A stretch of 64,000 bases of DNA from Terracidiphilus sp. (lineage in GTDB: Bacteria > Acidobacteriota > Terriglobia > Terriglobales > Acidobacteriaceae): NCBI GenBank assembly GCA_035504315.1, contig DATJSB010000280.1:2857-66856 (forward strand). The letters run 5' to 3'. The translations under genes were made by a program, and so were the position numbers. Shown one piece after another: positions 1 through 9,360 of the stretch. How positions within the stretch are numbered: the first letter of the stretch is position 1; each line of letters begins with the position of its first letter. The notes beneath the pieces were generated by a model. It was given only the letters and a program-made list of their open reading frames with translations, ran no database searches and was not told where the DNA came from.

Positions 1-1864
1 GCGGAAAATCGATGCCGAAGCGCTGGCCGATGGGGTCTTTGCCGGGGAAAAACCGCTTCGCGAAGGTCTCGTTGACAAGCACAACCTGCGGCGAGGCGGC
101 CGTGTCCTGATCGTTGAAGTCGCGCCCTCGAACGATAGGCACGCCGATGGAGTCGAGATAGTGTGTGCTGACGCGAACCCAGGTTGAGCCGCAGTGTTCG
201 CCGGGCCCGGGCGCGGGATGGCCTTGCTGAATCACGCATTCGCCCCAATTGTCGCCTTCGAGCGGGCTGTACATGGCAAGGCTGAAATGTTGAACGCCGG
301 GGAGGGATGAGAATCGATCTTCAATCTGGCGGTAAAGCGCGGGCAAACGGTCGGAGGTGTATCCCGCGCCGACCGGATCGAAGTGCAGAATGTAGCGATT
401 GTGTGTTTCAATGCCGAAGTTCTGGTTCTGCAAGTTGAGCAGGGTGCGGGTCATGAGGATGGCGCCGCAAAGCAGAACCACTGAGAGTGCAGCCTGAAAT
501 ATGACCAGCGATTTCTGGGGCAGTGTCGAGCGGTCACTGGTGGAACGGTTGACGCCACGCAGCGCCTCGGCCGGCTGCGCATGCATCGAGAGCCACGCCG
601 GGCCTACGCCGAAGAGAATGCCGGTGACCAGCGAAATGCAAAATGTGAAGGCCAGAACGATAAGCGAAGGACTGGCCTCAATCGGCATGTTGCGCGAATC
701 GGGGAAAGCCAGGGCCAGGATCGTGCGACAGCCTGCGTAAGCAACGCCGACTCCAGCCACGCCGCCCAGGCCGCTCAATAAGACGCTCTCAGTCATAATC
801 TGGCGCAGTATGCGTTTGCGAGCGGCGCCGATGGCCATGCGCACCGCGAGTTCGGCGCGGCGAGTGGTGGCGCGGGCCATCATCAGGTTGGCGATGTTGG
901 CGCAGGCGATGAGCAGCACGATCGAGGAGAGAATCATGAGGACTCTGAGACCCTGGCCTACATAGTCCTGCAGATTCTGGATTCCTCGGCCGCCGGGCGT
1001 AAGAACCACGTGCATTTTGGGAATGAGGGTTCCTCCCCCGAACTGGATAAGGACGGTCCGGGTCCAAAGCCACTGACGAAGCGAGGCGGTCATTTTGGAT
1101 TGGATGGCCGGGACGCTTTGACCCGCGCGAACGCGGCCCAACAGATAAAGCCAGTGCGACTCGCCGTGGTGAAGAATCGAGCTGGCGCCGCGCACATAAG
1201 GTTCGGTGTTGATCGGCATGTACACGTCGGGAGGAGTGTCGGTGACACGATCCCCGAAAAACCCGGGAGGCGTAACGCCGATAACGGTGAACGGGCGCGT
1301 CTGGATGAAGATGGTGGAACCAACGATGTTGGGGTCGGAGGCAAATTCACCCTTCCATGCCTGGTAGCTGACGACAACCGTCGGCGGCGCGGTGGGTGTG
1401 TCGTCGGAGTCGCTTAGAAGCCGGCCTTCAAAAGATTTCAGCCCCAGGGTTTGAAAGTAGTTGCCGGAGACGAATTCGCCGTGCAGAGGTTTGGGTAAGT
1501 CGTTGCGGCGACGCACGGCCCATTGCCATCCTCCGGCCTGCATAGCTGCCAGTTGCTCGAACTCCGGTGTATGCGTGCGCAGGTAGTCGTAGAGGTCGGT
1601 GGAGAAGATGGTGAAGTCGCCGGTGTCGCTGGCGCCGCCGGGGAATCCGCCTTCGACGCAGCAGTCGCCGTTGTCACCCACGCGCCAGAGCTGGGCCGGA
1701 TTGGTGACCGGCAGCGAGCGCAGCAGAATGGCGTGCACCAGCGTGAAGATGGCCGTGTTGGCGCCGATGCCCAGGGCCAGCGTGAGCACGGCCGTAATCA
1801 TGAAGGCGGGCGACTTGCGCAACTGGCGAAGTGCGAATCGAATGTCGAGCCACAGTGTATGCAT
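1..1864 (-). CDS. ADOP-family duplicated ABC permease (MacB/FtsX type), truncated by the window edge
   Basis: Manual translation from ATG at 1864 (RBS AAGGAGG): MHTLWLDIRFALRQLRKSPAFMITAVLTLALGIGANTAIF...LLIACANIANLMMARA...ELAVRMAIGA. No stop seen in the part read; absent from the ORF track, consistent with running off the edge. Confidence 0.9.
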   Translation of the reverse strand, partial: MHTLWLDIRFALRQLRKSPAFMITAVLTLALGIGANTAIFTLVHAILLRSLPVTNPAQLWRVGDNGDCCVEGGFPGGASDTGDFTIFSTDLYDYLRTHTPEFEQLAAMQAGGWQWAVRRRNDLPKPLHGEFVSGNYFQTLGLKSFEGRLLSDSDDTPTAPPTVVVSYQAWKGEFASDPNIVGSTIFIQTRPFTVIGVTPPGFFGDRVTDTPPDVYMPINTEPYVRGASSILHHGESHWLYLLGRVRAGQSVPAIQSKMTASLRQWLWTRTVLIQFGGGTLIPKMHVVLTPGGRGIQNLQDYVGQGLRVLMILSSIVLLIACANIANLMMARATTRRAELAVRMAIGAARKRILRQIMTESVLLSGLGGVAGVGVAYAGCRTILALAFPDSRNMPIEASPSLIVLAFTFCISLVTGILFGVGPAWLSMHAQPAEALRGVNRSTSDRSTLPQKSLVIFQAALSVVLLCGAILMTRTLLNLQNQNFGIETHNRYILHFDPVGAGYTSDRLPALYRQIEDRFSSLPGVQHFSLAMYSPLEGDNWGECVIQQGHPAPGPGEHCGSTWVRVSTHYLDSIGVPIVRGRDFNDQDTAASPQVVLVNETFAKRFFPGKDPIGQRFGIDFP

Positions 1865-1897
1865 CGTTTTACCTCCTTACTCCTTCGATTCTGGTGC

Positions 1898-4390
1898 CTA
1901 CTCTGTTCTCAGCGCTTGCATCGGTTCAATGGCGGCGGCGCGGCGGGCGGGGATGAACGAAGCTGCAATTGCCAACGCAAAAATCGACAGCGCGGCCAGC
2001 ACGATGACCGCCGGATCGAGCGGATCGACCTCAAACAGCAAGGTGCGCAGGAGCCGCGTGGCGAAGATGGCCGCGACGGCTCCGAGCCCGCATCCGATGA
2101 GTCCCAGTTTTGCCCCTGACACAAGGATGAGCTGCATGATGGTGGAACGTTGACTGCCGAGGGCTAGGCGAATGGCCATCTCCTGCGTGCGCAGCGCCGC
2201 CGAAAACGCGATGATGCTGTAAATGCCGAGCACCGCCAGCAGTACCGCCGCTATGGCAAAGCTGGAGATGAGCGCAGCGTTGAAGCGCCGGGGAGCCTCT
2301 GCTTCGTTTACCGCGCGATCCATTGACTGCACCTGGATGAGCGGAAGCTGCGGATCGATCTGGCGAACCACTGCGCGCAGGTCCTCAATGCTCTGTTCCG
2401 GATCGCGCGTAGTGCGCAACACGATGGCGCCGCCCTGTGCGTTGAGCGAATCGGGAGACACGAGTGAACCAAACGACTCGGAACTCTGGCTGGCGGGTTG
2501 GTAGATCTGGTACTGCACCGGAGCGTCGGGCGTCGATTGCCGCACGTCGCCGATTACGCCCACCACGGTCATCCACGGCGTGGGCGTTTCCTGCATGCCC
2601 CAGCGCACACGTTTGCCGATCGGATCCTGCCCGGGCCAGAATTTGTCGGCCAAAGTGCGATTGATGATGATCACCATCGGGGACTTCACGGCGTCTGCAG
2701 GAGTAAAGTCGCGGCCGCGAAGCAGCGGAATGCCGGCCGCGTCAAAGTAGTCGCCGATGGTCTGCGAAGGCCACGCGAGACTCAGGGCAGCGCCTTTGGG
2801 CGCCGCGTAACCTTCAGCGACAAACGCCGAATTGCCACCGCCGCCTGTGGACGGCAATTGCGAAGTGATTCCGACCGATTTGACGCCGGGCAGACTCTCA
2901 AGCCGACGGAGCAATGTGTCGTTGAACTCGTCGATCGAGGCCTGCGTGGAGTACTGGCGTTGAGGCAGGTTGTAGAGGGCCGTGAGCATGTGATCGGGAT
3001 TCAAGCCGAGATTGACCTGGCGCAGCTTCTCAAAACTGCGCAGCAGCAGGCCTGAAGCGATAAGCAACACCAGCGCCACTGCAATCTCAGTAACCACCAG
3101 CGCCGAGCGAAGCCGCGCATTGCCGCCGCCTGCCGTTCCTGTGCGCCCGCCTTCTTTCAAGGCTTCGTTCACACCTGTGCGTGCCGCGGCGAGTGCCGGA
3201 AGAATGCCACAACCGAGACCAGTGAAGACGGCTGCAACCAGAGAGAAGATTGCTACCTGCCAGTCAATTCCGATGGAACCGATGCGCGGCAGCGTCTCCG
3301 GCAAAAAGCTCAATCCGGCGCGCAGAGCGACTGCAGCCAGCACCAGCCCAACCAAGCCTCCCGCCGTGCTCAGCACAAGGGTTTCAATGAGCGTCTGGCG
3401 CAGGATGGCAGCGCCGTTTGCGCCCAGCGCGAGACGCACGGCGATCTCGCGGCGGCGGCGGATGACGCGAACCAGAAGCAACCCGGCAAGATTGGCGCAG
3501 GCGATGAACAACACCACCATCACCGCCCAGAAGAGGGTGCGAATGAGCGGGCGCGCCTGCGCTACCGTGTCCTTTGCCAGCGAGTGGACAACAGCGTCGA
3601 TGTGCAGGCTCGACATGAACGCAGGAAAGCCCTTTTCGATCTCCTTGGCCACGCGTTCGCCGCTCTGCTGGGCCTGTGAAGCGGTCACGCCTGGCTTGAG
3701 CCGGCCCACCATCTGGTAGCTCCAGTTCGCTGCTGCACCGCCTGAGAACTCGTCGTCGCGAAAACTCATCGGCACCCATAGTTCGCTGCGGTTCAACTGC
3801 CCGGGAACGAGCGGGAATTCGAAATCGCGCGGCATCACACCGATGATTTCGTAGGGCTTGCGATCGAGCAGCACTTTGGTTCCCAACACATCCGGATCGG
3901 CGTGGAAGCGGCTGTTCCACGTCTGGTAGCTGATGACGGCTACCTGCTGTTTGCCCGTATCTTCATCCGGTGTGAAGACACGGCCCATGAGCGGCGAAAC
4001 GCCGAGGAGCGGGAGAACGCTGGCTGTCAAACGGCTGGCGTTAATCTGCGCCGGAGCGCCCGCGCCGGAAAGCTCGTAGCCGGTCTGCTGGTAGCCGCCC
4101 AGCGCCGTGAATCCCTGGACCTGCTTTTCGTACACCATGATTTCGGGGGCGGTGACTCCGAGAATTCCGTTGGGGCCCAGTTCTGTGCCCGCGAGCTTGT
4201 CGCCAAAGGCCACCAGGTGGCTGGGATCGGCGAATGGCAAGGGGCGCAGCAGCACGCCTTCGACGATCGAGAAGATAGCCGTAGTGGCGCCGATGCCGAA
4301 GGCCAGCGTGAGCACGGCAGTGAGCGCGAATCCCGGCGACTTACTCAGATGCCGAAGGGCGAAGCGAATATCGTTTACGAGGTGTTTCAT
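1898..4390 (-). CDS. ADOP-family duplicated ABC permease
   Basis: 830 aa; DIRFALRHLSKSPGF N-terminus, IACANLAGLLL and EIAVRLALGA motifs, duplicated FtsX halves, AAIEPMQALRTE end. Confidence 0.93.
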   Translation of the reverse strand: MKHLVNDIRFALRHLSKSPGFALTAVLTLAFGIGATTAIFSIVEGVLLRPLPFADPSHLVAFGDKLAGTELGPNGILGVTAPEIMVYEKQVQGFTALGGYQQTGYELSGAGAPAQINASRLTASVLPLLGVSPLMGRVFTPDEDTGKQQVAVISYQTWNSRFHADPDVLGTKVLLDRKPYEIIGVMPRDFEFPLVPGQLNRSELWVPMSFRDDEFSGGAAANWSYQMVGRLKPGVTASQAQQSGERVAKEIEKGFPAFMSSLHIDAVVHSLAKDTVAQARPLIRTLFWAVMVVLFIACANLAGLLLVRVIRRRREIAVRLALGANGAAILRQTLIETLVLSTAGGLVGLVLAAVALRAGLSFLPETLPRIGSIGIDWQVAIFSLVAAVFTGLGCGILPALAAARTGVNEALKEGGRTGTAGGGNARLRSALVVTEIAVALVLLIASGLLLRSFEKLRQVNLGLNPDHMLTALYNLPQRQYSTQASIDEFNDTLLRRLESLPGVKSVGITSQLPSTGGGGNSAFVAEGYAAPKGAALSLAWPSQTIGDYFDAAGIPLLRGRDFTPADAVKSPMVIIINRTLADKFWPGQDPIGKRVRWGMQETPTPWMTVVGVIGDVRQSTPDAPVQYQIYQPASQSSESFGSLVSPDSLNAQGGAIVLRTTRDPEQSIEDLRAVVRQIDPQLPLIQVQSMDRAVNEAEAPRRFNAALISSFAIAAVLLAVLGIYSIIAFSAALRTQEMAIRLALGSQRSTIMQLILVSGAKLGLIGCGLGAVAAIFATRLLRTLLFEVDPLDPAVIVLAALSIFALAIAASFIPARRAAAIEPMQALRTE

Positions 4391-4423
4391 CGGGGTCCTC
4401 TCAAGGGCAATTGCCGGAATTTC

Positions 4424-6862
4424 TCATTCAGTGCGCAGCGCCTGCATGGGATCGACCGATGCAGCGCGCCCGGCGGGGATGAGACAAGCGGCCAGAGCTA
4501 CCAGCGCCAGCGCCGCTGCGACAGCCGCAAATGTGAGCCCATCGGTGACGGCCACGCCATAGAGCATTCCGCGCAGAAATTGAGCGCAGGCCAGCGAGGC
4601 AACTACGCCTGCGGCAACGCCGATGAGGGTGAGCCGCAATCCCTGCCGCAGAGTCTGCCGGAAGACATCTCCGCGACCGGCGCCCAGCGCCATGCGGATG
4701 CCGATCTCGTGGGTGCGCTGCCGCGCGGTGTACGAGACCACGCCGTAAACACCAACCGCCGCCAGCAGCATTGCCACCAGCCCGAAGGCGCTGGCCAGAA
4801 CCACCGCGATGCGCTCAAAAACATTCCCGATCCACATGTTGTGTTCGAGCGTGGTAACGCCGTAGAGAGGCAGATTAGGTTCGAGACCATGAATCGCCCG
4901 CTCAATGGAAGGAGCGAACGACATCGGATCGCCCGCGACGCGCACATGCAGAATCACATCACCGTCCGGGCGCTGCCCGAGTGGGTAGAGGATCAGGGGC
5001 GCTGCCTCCCTCACCAGGCGGCGATACTTGGCATTCGCCACCACTCCGACCACCGTATAGGTGCGGCTTCCGTCCTGAATGTGCTTGCCGATGGCGTTCA
5101 GTCCCGGCCAGTAGCGATCGACCAGGGCCTGGTTCACCATGGCCACCATCACGGAGTTGAGATTGTCGGCAGAGGTGAATTCGCGGCCGGCAACCAGCGG
5201 TGTGCGCAGGGTCTGCAAATAGCCGGCTGACACGTCGCCGCGATCGACTTCGATGGATTCGTGGGGCTGCGGGACGTAGCCCTCGGGCAGCACGCCGCGG
5301 GAGTGAATGGTGAAACTGAGCGGCGAAAAGTCGGCTAGGGCCGCGGAGCGTACGCCAGGCAGTGCCCGCACGCGATCGAGAACCTCGCGCTCGAACTCAA
5401 TTTCCTTCGCTTCCGGGTAATTCAGTGGATCCAAGTCAAGGGACGCGAGGTATACATTGTGGGGATTGAAGCCGGGATCGGAGCTCTGCGCCTTGTTGAG
5501 ACTGCGCACGAACAGTCCGGCGCACACCAGCAGCACCAGCGAAAGAGCTATCTGCGCGGAAACCAGCGCGGAGGTGAGGCGCGACTTGTGAATGCTCGCC
5601 GAGGCGTTCAGGCCTTCATCCTTGAGAACCGTTACCGGAGCCAGTGCCGTCGCGCGCAATGCGGGCACGATGCCCGAGATGACCGCAGTTGCCACTGAAA
5701 CTGCGAAGGTAGCCAGCATCACCGTCAGGTCTACGTGCCCATTGATGTCGATGGGCAGGCTGACGCTGGGCAGAAATGTGCCGAGTGTGCTCGCCGTCCA
5801 ATAAGTCACGGTGAGGGCTATTGCGCCGCCGGCCAGCGCCACAAGCAGATTCTCAATGAGGAACTGGCGTGCGAGCGTCCAGCGGCCGGCGCCCATGGCC
5901 AGGCGAATGGCGCACTCGCGGCGGCGCGATATCGAGCGCACCAGCAGCAGGTTGGCAACATTGGCGCAGGCCAGAATCAGCAGTACGCCGGCCAGCGCAA
6001 GCAGGATGGGCAGCGTGCCGGCCAGATAAACGTTGACTCCGAAGGGCGAGCGCCAGAGCGGATCGATAGAGAGCAGGTTATTGCCGCGATGCGAATCGGG
6101 ATAGCGCTGGGCGATGCCCTCCATAATCACGTTGAGCTCGTTTTCGGCCTGGCGGGGATCGACGCCGGGGCGAAGAACGCCAAGAACATTCAGCCACGAA
6201 ACGCCGCGGTTGTTGATGCGGTCACCACCCCAAATCTGGTTGTCCATGCCCAGCGGGAACCAGATATCAGTGCGAAGGCCCGACTTGCAGCCCTCGAACC
6301 CGCGCGGCGCGACGCCCACTACGGTAAAACTATGCAGGTTCACCTGGATGGCTTTGCCCACGATGCCGGGATCGGAGCCGAAGCGGTTCTGCCAGAGCGC
6401 GTAACTGAGGATTGCCTCCGGCGCTCCGTCGCGCTCGTTGAAGTTGGATTGACCAAAGGTGCGGCCAAGAATCAGATGGACGCCGAGTACCTCAAAGTAA
6501 TTCGTCGAAGTGAGCGCGCCGTAGATGCGCACCGGCATTCCCGCGCCGGTGAGAGCCATGAAGTCGTCGTGGTACCCCAGCAAGCCGGAGAGAGAAGTAG
6601 CGTGCGTACGCAGATCGACAAAGTCGTCATACGAGAGCGGCGGCGCGGCATGTTCACTGCGCTCGCCGCGCTGGATGGTGATCATGCCGCCGGTGTGCGC
6701 AACTCCGGGAACGGGATTAAAGAGGGTGGATTGGACCCAGGAGAAGATGGTGCTGGTGGCGGCGATGCCCAGGGCCAGCGTAATCGCCGCGGTCGCGGCA
6801 AACCCGGGATTCTTGCGAAGCTGCCGTAACGCGTAGCGAAGATCGAGCCACAGGTTTTTCAT
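4424..6862 (-). CDS. ADOP-family duplicated ABC permease
   Basis: Start set at MKNLWLDLRYALRQLRKNPGF; LACANVANLLL, EIGIRMALGA, VDPMQALRTE. Confidence 0.93.
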   Translation of the reverse strand: MKNLWLDLRYALRQLRKNPGFAATAAITLALGIAATSTIFSWVQSTLFNPVPGVAHTGGMITIQRGERSEHAAPPLSYDDFVDLRTHATSLSGLLGYHDDFMALTGAGMPVRIYGALTSTNYFEVLGVHLILGRTFGQSNFNERDGAPEAILSYALWQNRFGSDPGIVGKAIQVNLHSFTVVGVAPRGFEGCKSGLRTDIWFPLGMDNQIWGGDRINNRGVSWLNVLGVLRPGVDPRQAENELNVIMEGIAQRYPDSHRGNNLLSIDPLWRSPFGVNVYLAGTLPILLALAGVLLILACANVANLLLVRSISRRRECAIRLAMGAGRWTLARQFLIENLLVALAGGAIALTVTYWTASTLGTFLPSVSLPIDINGHVDLTVMLATFAVSVATAVISGIVPALRATALAPVTVLKDEGLNASASIHKSRLTSALVSAQIALSLVLLVCAGLFVRSLNKAQSSDPGFNPHNVYLASLDLDPLNYPEAKEIEFEREVLDRVRALPGVRSAALADFSPLSFTIHSRGVLPEGYVPQPHESIEVDRGDVSAGYLQTLRTPLVAGREFTSADNLNSVMVAMVNQALVDRYWPGLNAIGKHIQDGSRTYTVVGVVANAKYRRLVREAAPLILYPLGQRPDGDVILHVRVAGDPMSFAPSIERAIHGLEPNLPLYGVTTLEHNMWIGNVFERIAVVLASAFGLVAMLLAAVGVYGVVSYTARQRTHEIGIRMALGAGRGDVFRQTLRQGLRLTLIGVAAGVVASLACAQFLRGMLYGVAVTDGLTFAAVAAALALVALAACLIPAGRAASVDPMQALRTE

Positions 6863-6895
6863 CGCATGCCTTCTTCCTTGCTGTTGATGCAATCT

Positions 6896-9337
6896 CTATT
6901 CGTTTCTCAGCGCCTGCATGGGATCGATGGATGCGGCGCGGCGTGCGGGTATGAACGCGGCAAGCAGCCCGGCAGTCACCAGCAGCAGCGCAATCATGAG
7001 CAGGTTTCCGGACTCTTTTCCGGCATCGAAATAGATGACGACACCGATGAGCTTGCGTGCGGCAATTGCAAGCGCGATGCCGGCAACGGTTCCCGCGCCC
7101 AGCAACCACGCCACGCGGCCGAGTACCATTCCCAGCACGCTCTGACGGGTGGCTCCCAGCGCCATGCGCACGCCGATGTCCCGCGCGCCCAGCTCCACTT
7201 CGTGACTCACCAACCCGTAGAGCCCCACCAACGCGAGAAGAAGAGCCATTGAAGCAAAGATTCCAAACAGCCAGCTTTCCATGCGCTCAAAGATCAGCGT
7301 TTCAGAGACCACTTCAGTCATCACGCGGGGAGCAATAAACGGAACGGTTGGATCCACTTCGTGAATCGCGCTCCGCAAAGCAGGAATAATGGAAGAGGCG
7401 CTTCCGTCGAACCGCAGGACGAGCCACATGCCTCCGGCGAGGATCGATTGGCTGTTCAAAGGCAATTCGTCGATGAGAAAATCACGCTCGGCAAGCGGAG
7501 AATCGTAGATGTCCTGGCGAATGTTGCCGGTGACGCCAACAATGCGCGTCCAGTTTTCTTGCTTTGCCCCGTCGTCGATGCGCTGGGTAGTCGGGTCGAG
7601 GTTGGGCGGGATGAACTTCTTCACGAAAGCTTCATTCACCACGACGTCCGGCGCAGGGTTTTCAGGGCGATCGAGCGCAGGCGAGAGCGCGCGACCCCTT
7701 TTCAGCGGAATTCCGAAGACCTGAAAATAGCCGGTGCTCACGAACCGGTTTTCGCCAAGCATTTCTCTGTTCGGCGGACTGGGGGGCTGGCCGGCGATGT
7801 GAATGTCAGAGTTCGCTCCGTACTCCGCGACGGGCAGCATGTTGATCGACCCCACCGCCCGAACTCCGGGGATGATAGCCACGCGATTGAAAAGCGGCTG
7901 GTAGAAGTCGGCAACAATGCTGCGGTCCTGGTAGCGCTGCTGCGAGGTTTCCAGTTCAACCGAGAGAATATGGGAGGGGTCAAAGCCCAGATCCTGGTGG
8001 CTGAAATGCAACACAACGCGCATCAGCAGGCTGGCCACCACGAGCAACACCATGGTGAGCGCCACTTGCGTGACGATGAAGCTGGAGCGCAGCCGGTTCT
8101 GGGATCGCGCCGAGCCGGCGCTGCCGCCGGCTTTTAGCGCGCGGCTCGGATCGATGCCGGAAAGGCGAATGGCGGGCAAGAGCGAGGCAATCAGGCTGGT
8201 CGCAGCCGCGAGAGATACCGCGGTTCCGAGCACGGCCAGGTTCATATGAATGTCGGCACCTCGCGCAAGAGCTTTCATCAGGAAGGCGCGCATCAGGTCC
8301 AGCATGGTCGAGGCGAGGAAAACGCCGCCTGCGGCTCCCAGCAGGGCAAGCATCATAGCCTCGATGAGCAGTTGCCGCACCAGAGTTGTGCGGGCCGCGC
8401 CAATGGCGGTACGCACCGCCATCTCCCGCTCGCGCTTGACTCCGCGCGCCAGCAGCAATCCGGCGATGTTCACGCACGCGATGGCCAACACGGCCAGCAC
8501 GGCGGCCAGCAGGGTCCACAGCGGCCCCCGGCTCTCGCCCGATACAGTTTGGCCAAGCTGCTCAAGATGGACGGTGCGTCCCTGATCGGTGTGAGGGTAC
8601 GCTCGCCCCAGATTGGCAAACACGTGTGCCAGATCGGCCTGCGCTTCAGTGAAGGTCACGCCGTTCTTCAGCCGGCCTACGGTTTGCAGCCAATGATTGC
8701 CGCGCCCGTCCATCCACTGCTTGTCGCGATGAATTGGTGTGTAGATTGCATCTTGTGTATTGAGCGGAAAACGAAAGTCGGCCGGCATCACGCCGATGAC
8801 CGTGTAGGTGCGGCCGTCAAGCTTTACCGCGCGATTCACGATGCCGCGGTCGCCGTTGAAATACCGCTGCCAGGCGTCGTAGCCGAGAACCACCACATCG
8901 TTCTTTCCGTCTTCCTGTTCGCCGGGCAGATAGGTACGCCCGAGGATTGGATTTACGCCGAATACGCTGAAGAAATTGTCGGTCCCATTCACGGCTTCGA
9001 GAGCAACCATGCCGGCGCCGGGAGTCTCGACAGAGGCCTTGAAGTAATTGATGAATCCGGCCAGCGCGGCAAAATCGTGGCTCTGCGAGCGCTCATCCAG
9101 GTAGCCCTGCCAGGAAGCGGGCTGCTGGTAGCCGCTTTGGCTGTTTGAAATCACCGTGACGATGCGGTCGGGTCGGAGGTAGGGCAGCGGGCTCAACACC
9201 ACTGCATCGAGAACGCAGAAGACCGCGGTAGCGATGCCGACACCCAGGGCAAGCGTAAGGATCGCTGCAAGCGCGAACCCAGGCGCGCGGCGGAGCTGGC
9301 GCAAGGCGTATTGCAAATCGCGAAGCAACGTTCTCAT
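6896..9337 (-). CDS. ADOP-family duplicated ABC permease
   Basis: Start set at MRTLLRDLQYALRQLRRAPGF after GGAGG RBS; IACVNIAGLLL, IDPMQALRNE. Confidence 0.93.
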   Translation of the reverse strand: MRTLLRDLQYALRQLRRAPGFALAAILTLALGVGIATAVFCVLDAVVLSPLPYLRPDRIVTVISNSQSGYQQPASWQGYLDERSQSHDFAALAGFINYFKASVETPGAGMVALEAVNGTDNFFSVFGVNPILGRTYLPGEQEDGKNDVVVLGYDAWQRYFNGDRGIVNRAVKLDGRTYTVIGVMPADFRFPLNTQDAIYTPIHRDKQWMDGRGNHWLQTVGRLKNGVTFTEAQADLAHVFANLGRAYPHTDQGRTVHLEQLGQTVSGESRGPLWTLLAAVLAVLAIACVNIAGLLLARGVKREREMAVRTAIGAARTTLVRQLLIEAMMLALLGAAGGVFLASTMLDLMRAFLMKALARGADIHMNLAVLGTAVSLAAATSLIASLLPAIRLSGIDPSRALKAGGSAGSARSQNRLRSSFIVTQVALTMVLLVVASLLMRVVLHFSHQDLGFDPSHILSVELETSQQRYQDRSIVADFYQPLFNRVAIIPGVRAVGSINMLPVAEYGANSDIHIAGQPPSPPNREMLGENRFVSTGYFQVFGIPLKRGRALSPALDRPENPAPDVVVNEAFVKKFIPPNLDPTTQRIDDGAKQENWTRIVGVTGNIRQDIYDSPLAERDFLIDELPLNSQSILAGGMWLVLRFDGSASSIIPALRSAIHEVDPTVPFIAPRVMTEVVSETLIFERMESWLFGIFASMALLLALVGLYGLVSHEVELGARDIGVRMALGATRQSVLGMVLGRVAWLLGAGTVAGIALAIAARKLIGVVIYFDAGKESGNLLMIALLLVTAGLLAAFIPARRAASIDPMQALRNE

Positions 9338-9360
9338 CACGCCTCCCCCCTCAAGTGAAA

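Noticed and set aside
1-1864. Apparent pseudogene or gap in the ORF track
   Set aside because: Manual translation shows an open permease frame running toward the window edge.
3902-5230. Long antisense ORFs (this 442-aa one and others such as 59739-61229 and 56747-58126)
   Set aside because: Shadow frames of GC-rich genes with no recognisable motifs.
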